From the NCBI GenBank assembly GCA_964247135.1, contig CAXTTL010000059.1, forward strand, positions 1 through 21,894: a stretch of 21,894 bases of DNA. Direction: 5' to 3'. A program made the translations under genes and the position numbers. The DNA comes from an uncultured Deinococcales bacterium. GTDB lineage: Bacteria > Deinococcota > Deinococci > Deinococcales > JAAFIG01. The notes beneath the pieces were generated by a model that saw only the letters and a program-made list of their open reading frames with translations, had not been told where the DNA came from and did not search any database. Below, one piece after another: positions 16,715-21,894 of this stretch (positions within the stretch are counted from its first letter, which is position 1; every line of letters begins with the position of its first letter).

Positions 16715-17119
16715 ATGATTACAGGCATCACACACGTCGTCCGTTACATTCCCAACGAAGACCAAGCCGTAGCGTTTTACCGTGACATGCTCGATTTTGA
16801 ACTCAAGATGGACAACCCGATGGGCGCTCCCGAACAGCGTTGGTTGACCATGAGCTTGTCAAGCCAACCGCAAATGGAACTGGTGCTGATGAACCCCAAC
16901 GGTTGGTTTAAAAACCAAGCACTCGAGGATGCGCTCTCACAGATTGGCAAGCAACCGCAATTGATTCTGGTGACAGACGACATTGAAGCCCTGCACGCCA
17001 AATTTAAAGCCGCAGGTCATGTTGCCTCGGACATCAACATCACCCCTTGGGGGAAAGATGTGCAGTTGCAAGACCCGTTTGGCAATGCCATTTACGTGGT
17101 GCAAAACCCAAGCGCTTGA
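16715..17119 (+). CDS. VOC / glyoxalase-bleomycin resistance family protein
   Basis: ITHVVRY...AVAFYRDMLDF, TDDIEALH and TPWGK...QDPFGN. RBS AAGGAG. Confidence 0.9.
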   Translation: MITGITHVVRYIPNEDQAVAFYRDMLDFELKMDNPMGAPEQRWLTMSLSSQPQMELVLMNPNGWFKNQALEDALSQIGKQPQLILVTDDIEALHAKFKAAGHVASDINITPWGKDVQLQDPFGNAIYVVQNPSA

Positions 17120-17299
17120 ATTCGAGCTTTACCCCGTTCTGGTCAGGTCCTCAATGTCCAGGGCATGATTTGTCACGAACTTGAGAATTTTATTGGCGCC
17201 ATGACGCTCGAGACCCAAAGCAATTTATGAGTGCTTGGTCACGTCAGCTTGCGAGTTTGGTCACTGCGTATTCGTGCTTAATGCGTTAGACTACAGGCA

Positions 17300-18796
17300 A
17301 TGCGGGAAATTAGCGTCTCGAGCGGTGGACATGCCTGGCCCTTTTCCAAAGGGCTGGTGGTTGAATCGCTATTGAACGCCGAGATCGAACGCGAACCCGC
17401 GATTGTCATTGCCAGACGGGTCGAACAACGCCTGTTGGACGAAAATTTGCGGGTGGTTGATCCAAGCAAACTCAAAGAAATCGTCTCCGAGGAGGCTCGA
17501 GAATTGCTGGGCGGCGAGGCAGCCGACAAGCTCGAGGCGCAAACCCCAGCTTTCGAGGACGTGGTGGTGACGGACGGCGACTCGAGCATTCCGTTTAGTA
17601 AGGGCATTTTATCGAGGTCGCTCGAGTTGGCTGGCGTGCCGATCAAGGACGCGCACGAACTGGCAAAAGAACTCGAGCGGCAACTGCGTATTTCGGGCAT
17701 CACGATCATCGACCGCAGCGAACTCGAGAAATTGGCGGTCGAAGAGGTCGAACGTCAGTTGGGCAGACAAGCCCGTGACGCCTACCTCGAGCGTTGGCAA
17801 CGCGCCAGTTTGGTCAACGTGGTCGATGAGGACACGGGTGTCAACTTTCCGTTTTCCAAGGGCATTTTGGCGCAGTCACTCCTGGCGACGGGTTTAAGTC
17901 CAGCCTACGCGCACCGTCTGGCTCGAGAGATTGAACTGAAACTTTTTGAGCGCGGCGAACCGACCATTGACCGCACGGGTTTGCGTGAGATTGTCGAAAT
18001 GGCGATTCGGGTCGAGGTCGGCGAGGACATGGCGGGACGCTACACGCTGCTGCGTTCGATTCGTCGCCCAGAAAAACCAATTTTGATCGTGATTGGCGGC
18101 GTGACCGGCACGGGCAAAAGTTACCTCGCCGCCGAGGTCGCCTACCGTCTGGGCATCACCCGCATCGAAAGCACCGATTCGATCCGTCAGGTCATGCGAG
18201 CCATGATCGCCAAAGATTTGATTCCAACCCTTCACGCCAGCACCTTCGACGCCTGGACGGCGACGCTCGAGCCTCATGTCGCCGCGCAGTACAAATCCAA
18301 AGGTGGTCGCAGGGTCATGAAACCCACACCAGACCAGCTATTGGACGGTTTCCGCGATCAGGTCAAACAAGTCACGGTGGGCGTCCGCGCCATCATCGAG
18401 CGAGCCAGCAACGAACACTCGAGCATGTTGATCGAGGGCGTGCACATTGTGCCAGGGTTTTTGCCGACCGAAGCTTTTAAGGACGTGATCGTGGTGCCGG
18501 TGGTGATCGTGGTGAAAAGCGAAGCCGAGCACCGCAAACGCTTTTACCTGCGCGACCAGGAAACCAGCCAGCACCGCCCGATGGAGCATTATCTCGAGCA
18601 CTTTGAGGACATTCGCGCCTTGCAGGGTTACATCGAGCAAATGGCAAAAACCGTTGGTGTCGCCATCATTGACGGCGAAAGCATCGACGTCGCCGCCGAA
18701 GGTGTGATTGAGGTTGTGACCAAGAAAGTCCTCGCAGTCCGCGCCGAAACCGAAAAGGCTCGAGAGAAAATGGCTTTAGAAGCATCTCGAGCCTGA
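17300..18796 (+). CDS. 2-phosphoglycerate kinase-like protein with three ATP-cone domains
   Basis: Three PFSKG(L/I)...SL repeats, then P-loop GGVTGTGKS, ESTDSIRQVMR, LHASTF and IEGVHIVPG. TAGACT lies 7 nt before the ATG (leaderless signature). Confidence 0.85.
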   Translation: MREISVSSGGHAWPFSKGLVVESLLNAEIEREPAIVIARRVEQRLLDENLRVVDPSKLKEIVSEEARELLGGEAADKLEAQTPAFEDVVVTDGDSSIPFSKGILSRSLELAGVPIKDAHELAKELERQLRISGITIIDRSELEKLAVEEVERQLGRQARDAYLERWQRASLVNVVDEDTGVNFPFSKGILAQSLLATGLSPAYAHRLAREIELKLFERGEPTIDRTGLREIVEMAIRVEVGEDMAGRYTLLRSIRRPEKPILIVIGGVTGTGKSYLAAEVAYRLGITRIESTDSIRQVMRAMIAKDLIPTLHASTFDAWTATLEPHVAAQYKSKGGRRVMKPTPDQLLDGFRDQVKQVTVGVRAIIERASNEHSSMLIEGVHIVPGFLPTEAFKDVIVVPVVIVVKSEAEHRKRFYLRDQETSQHRPMEHYLEHFEDIRALQGYIEQMAKTVGVAIIDGESIDVAAEGVIEVVTKKVLAVRAETEKAREKMALEASRA

Positions 18797-18797
18797 T

Positions 18798-19184
18798 TTA
18801 AAGTTGAATCAAACCCGCTTTGGTCGGTCTGAAACCGCACGCCGCGTAAAATGCTTCAAGATTGTCCTCAAAGTCCACATGAACCCATTCGCAACCGTGA
18901 TCTTGGGCAAACTGTACGGCTCGAGCGACCAGTTCGCGTCCGATGCCACGGCGTTTGTAAGCGGCATCGACCGACGGATCGAGCAAGAACGCGTGAACGC
19001 CTGCATCGCCAATCAGTTTGGCAAAACCAACCAGTTTTGAGCCGTCAAACGCGGCAACGTAACAAAGCGCCGCCTCGAGTTCGGGTTGAAAATTCACCGC
19101 ATACGGTTTGCCCCAGGCACTGGCGAACAACGCATTCAGGGCGGCATTCTCGAGTGGCGGATTGGTTTGGTAATTGATGTTCAT
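18798..19184 (-). CDS. GNAT family N-acetyltransferase
   Basis: VDAAYKRRGIGRELV acetyl-CoA motif A and FYAACGF motif B. Confidence 0.9.
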   Translation of the reverse strand: MNINYQTNPPLENAALNALFASAWGKPYAVNFQPELEAALCYVAAFDGSKLVGFAKLIGDAGVHAFLLDPSVDAAYKRRGIGRELVARAVQFAQDHGCEWVHVDFEDNLEAFYAACGFRPTKAGLIQL

Positions 19185-19227
19185 GCTCGAGGTTTAGATT
19201 AAACCTTTGCGGGAAATGTTTCGTCAT

Positions 19228-19256
19228 CTGAAAAACCCACCCTCGGGTGATAGACT
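19228..19256 (+). promoter_or_regulatory. Probable promoter for the SCP2-ADH(-R2lox) genes
   Basis: CTGAAA-N17-TAGACT with TGn extension. RBS GGGAG at 19280-19284. Confidence 0.45.
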
Positions 19257-19288
19257 TCAACCAAGTCCAAACATTTCAAGGGAGCACC

Positions 19289-19711
19289 ATGAAACTCGAG
19301 CTATTTACCGAAGCCTGGGCGCAACAAGCCGCAAGTGTCCTGCAAGCCAGCGAGGGCTATAAAAACGCCGCCAAAAACTGGGAGGGCGCGATGGTCATGA
19401 CCATGCAAGCCGATGCCAGCCTCGGCATCCCAGAGGCACGCTCGGTGTACTTTGATTTGTGGCACGGTGAATGCCGGATCGCTCGAGCGGCAAGCAGTGA
19501 AGATATCGCGGGTGCGCCGTATGTGATCTCAGCCGATGCCTTTACTTGGAAGCAAGTCCTTGAGGGAAAACTCGAGCCGATTGCGGGATTGTTGCGCGGC
19601 AAGTTAAAACTGGTCAAGGGCAACATGGCGGTGCTGGCGCGGTACGTGCTCGCCGCCAAAGAATTGGTGCTCGGCGCAACCCAGGTCGAGACCATCTTTC
19701 CAGGCGAATAG
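19289..19711 (+). CDS. SCP2 (sterol carrier protein 2) lipid-binding domain protein
   Basis: YKNAAKNWEG, DLWHGEC and ISAD..TWKQVLEGKLEPIAGLLRGKLKLVKGNM. Start at ATG 19289 after GGGAG. Confidence 0.85.
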   Translation: MKLELFTEAWAQQAASVLQASEGYKNAAKNWEGAMVMTMQADASLGIPEARSVYFDLWHGECRIARAASSEDIAGAPYVISADAFTWKQVLEGKLEPIAGLLRGKLKLVKGNMAVLARYVLAAKELVLGATQVETIFPGE

Positions 19712-19712
19712 C

Positions 19713-20747
19713 ATGAAAGCCGTCACCTTCCAGGATGTTGGTGTTGTACAGGTTTCTGACATTCCAGAACCCGAACTTCTCGAGGATTCGGATGTGATCG
19801 TTCGCATCACCCGCTGCGCGATTTGTGGTTCGGATTTGCATTTGTACCACGGCGATATTCCCATGATGCCCGGCGACACCTGCGGTCACGAATTTACGGG
19901 CGTGATCGAGGACACCGGCAATGGCGTCAATTTAAAACGCGGTGATCGCGTGGTCGGTACGTTTCATACCGCCTGCGGCGCTTGCAACGCCTGCCTTCGC
20001 GGGGAATTTCATTTGTGCTCGAGTGCCGCCGTGTTTGGTTACGGACCGATTTACGGCAGTCTCAACGGCACGCAAGCCGAGTTTGCTCGGGTGCCCAAAG
20101 CCGATGTCAACTTGCGTTTGATTCCCGCGCAACTCGAGGATGAACAGGCGCTGTTCGCAGGTGACATTCTGACCACCGCCTACGGCGCGGTCAAGAATGC
20201 GGGTGTCTCGAGTGGAGAAACGGTTGCGGTCATCGGTTGCGGTCCTGTGGGCATCATGGCGATTCAGAGCGCGTTTGCCCGTGGTGCGGCTCGGGTGCTG
20301 GCGATTGATTTGCTCGAGGAACGCCTGAACCTGGCAACAAGTTTGGGCGCGATTGCGGTCAACGGGGCGACCTCTGATCCCGTTGGGCGGGTCATGCAAC
20401 TGACCGACGGCGAGGGTGCAGATGCCGTAATCGAGGCGGTGGGCGGTCCTCGAACCATCAACCTCGCGTTTGAACTCGTGCGCCCAGGCGGTCGGATTTC
20501 GGCGGTGGGCGTCTCGAGCGAAACCACGTTTGAATACCCCTTGATGCAAAGCCTGACCAAAGACGTGAGCTTCAGAATTGGCTTGGCGAACATTCACCGC
20601 GACATTGACGAGACTTTGTGGTTAATCTCGAGCGGCAAAATTGACCCAACCATCGTGATCTCGCACAGGTTAAGTTTGGCTGATGCCGTGGAAGGCTATG
20701 ACCTGTTCGACAAACGCCAAGCCAGCAAAGTCATCTTGATTCCGTAG
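19713..20747 (+). CDS. Zinc-dependent medium-chain alcohol dehydrogenase (glutathione-independent FDH-like subgroup)
   Basis: CGSDLH, GHEFTG, structural Zn CGACNAC...C, GDILTTAY (Asp ligand) and GCGPVG. Confidence 0.92.
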   Translation: MKAVTFQDVGVVQVSDIPEPELLEDSDVIVRITRCAICGSDLHLYHGDIPMMPGDTCGHEFTGVIEDTGNGVNLKRGDRVVGTFHTACGACNACLRGEFHLCSSAAVFGYGPIYGSLNGTQAEFARVPKADVNLRLIPAQLEDEQALFAGDILTTAYGAVKNAGVSSGETVAVIGCGPVGIMAIQSAFARGAARVLAIDLLEERLNLATSLGAIAVNGATSDPVGRVMQLTDGEGADAVIEAVGGPRTINLAFELVRPGGRISAVGVSSETTFEYPLMQSLTKDVSFRIGLANIHRDIDETLWLISSGKIDPTIVISHRLSLADAVEGYDLFDKRQASKVILIP

Positions 20748-20802
20748 GGTGCGCCGTGCGCACCAATGCCACGTGTCCGACGGTGCGCGAGGCGCACCCT
20801 AC
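20744..20802. repeat. GTAG-family REP doublet (REPIN-like)
   Basis: GTAG-GGTGCG-CCGTG-CGCACC (20744-20764), a 17-nt spacer, then an inverted copy reading GTAG-GGTGCG-CCTCG-CGCACC on the minus strand (20782-20802). Confidence 0.8.
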
Positions 20803-20932
20803 CAGCCTGCTCGCCTTGATTTGGTGAGTGATATTCTCGGCGAACAAGTGATTTAAAGTTCGAGACATACCTTAATAAGCTGGACACGTTACCACCAAAT
20901 CTCGAGCTTCACTTCAACCCAGGAGAAACCCC

Positions 20933-21856
20933 ATGAGCATTGCTCGAGAATCCTTTACCACCAATACGCGCAAACTCAATTACGCCAGCTTCCCGATGCG
21001 GCTCTGGCAGAAAGCCAAAAAGTTTGGCATCTGGAATCCGAGCGATATTGATTTTAGCCAGGACATCAAGGATTGGGCGGCACTGAACGACCTCGAGCGC
21101 GAGTTGCTCCTCAACCTTGCCGCAATGTACCAGGCGGGCGAGGAAAGCGTGACGCTCGATTTGCTGCCCTTAATCATGGTGATTGCCAACCAGGGGCAAC
21201 TCGAGGAAGAAATGTTTTTGACCAGTTTCTTGTGGGAGGAAGCCAAGCACCTCGAGACGTTTGGACGTTTTATGACCGAGGTCGCGCAGTCGAGCGGTGA
21301 CCTCTCGAGGTTTCACACGCCCAGTTACCACACGATTTTTTACCAGGAATTGCACACTTCGCTCGAGCTTTTAAAAACCGATTCCAGTCCTGTCGCGCTG
21401 GCGAAGGCTTCGGTCACCTACAACATGATCGTTGAGGGTGTACTCGCCGAAACGGGTTATCACGCGTATCACAATATTCTCGAGCGCAACAACATCATGC
21501 CAGGGATGCGTTACGCCATGCAAAAATTCAAGCAAGACGAATCGCGCCACATCGCTTACGGCGTGTACCTGCTCTCGAGGTTGGTTGCCGAACACGGCGA
21601 CCCTGTTTGGGAGGCGATTGAAGCCCGCATGGGCGAATTGTTTGTGCCCGCCATCGGCGTGGTCAACGAAATGTTTGACATGACCGCCGCCAGGGGTGAG
21701 ATTCCTTTTTACCTCGAGCAAGACGAATTCGTGAATTTTGCGATTTCACAATTTCAAAAACGCATCGCCCGTGTCGAACGCGCCAGGAGTCTCAGTTTGG
21801 CAGAGGTGCTCGGCGAGGAAAGCCTGCAACTCGAGCGTGAAGAATTGGTGGCTTGA
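20933..21856 (+). CDS. R2-like ligand-binding oxidase (R2lox, Mn/Fe ferritin-like)
   Basis: WNPSDIDFSQD, GEESVTLDLLP, EEAKH, TYNMIVEGVLAETGY and DESRH. The Val (EESV) and Tyr (TYNM) of the R2lox cross-link appear conserved. RBS AGGAG. Confidence 0.9.
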   Translation: MSIARESFTTNTRKLNYASFPMRLWQKAKKFGIWNPSDIDFSQDIKDWAALNDLERELLLNLAAMYQAGEESVTLDLLPLIMVIANQGQLEEEMFLTSFLWEEAKHLETFGRFMTEVAQSSGDLSRFHTPSYHTIFYQELHTSLELLKTDSSPVALAKASVTYNMIVEGVLAETGYHAYHNILERNNIMPGMRYAMQKFKQDESRHIAYGVYLLSRLVAEHGDPVWEAIEARMGELFVPAIGVVNEMFDMTAARGEIPFYLEQDEFVNFAISQFQKRIARVERARSLSLAEVLGEESLQLEREELVA

Positions 21857-21894
21857 CGATTTACAGCGTTCGGGAGAAGATACTTTTAACGCAA

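Larger units (their letters stand above)
421..21835. repeat. Highly iterated palindrome CTCGAG dispersed through the window
   Basis: About 130 copies by manual count (first at 421, last at 21830), roughly one per 165 bp, versus about 5-6 expected for a hexamer in 21.9 kb. Confidence 0.95.

Noticed and set aside
1911-19288. Longer ORF-track starts at 1911, 7482, 11868, 16174 and 19247
   Set aside because: Downstream starts (1947, 7617/7623, 11799, 16231, 19289) have clear RBS or translational coupling and avoid overlaps with promoters or other genes.
421-21835. CTCGAG abundance as an XhoI cloning or concatemer artefact
   Set aside because: Conserved proteins (Era, GH2, R2lox) read intact through the sites in different frames, so the sites are part of native coding sequence.
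20933-21856. Calling the ferritin-like gene nrdB/nrdF (ribonucleotide reductase beta subunit)
   Set aside because: The motifs (EESVTLDLLP, YNMIVEGVLAETGY) fit R2lox, and no R1 gene is adjacent in the window.

Overview
Gene-dense bacterial chromosomal window, most consistent with a Deinococcota (Deinococcales-like) organism (inferred from the triple ATP-cone 2-phosphoglycerate kinase, a Deinococcus-type small repetitive element and short-leader promoters). Left to right: a partial bioY missed by the ORF track; a LacI regulator divergent from a GH2 beta-mannosidase; a 1075-aa ORF fusing two sugar-ABC permease domains to an acyltransferase-3 domain; a cupin; two Ig-rich lipoproteins; a 141-bp structured intergenic element; era; a small membrane protein and a Nudix hydrolase; a ribitol-dehydrogenase-like SDR; DUF3467; a Cys-rich secreted protein; DinB-like and VOC genes; the 2-PG kinase; a GNAT; and an SCP2 + Zn-ADH + R2lox cluster containing a GTAG-type REP doublet. 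The strongest whole-window signals are DNA-word biases. The palindrome CTCGAG occurs about 130 times by manual count (about 5-6 expected), in all frames and between genes, like cyanobacterial HIP1. GGCC occurs only once, where a Trp-Pro dipeptide forces it. No CRISPR array, rRNA, tRNA or transposase was seen. All counts are manual and all family calls come from motif recognition, not database searches.
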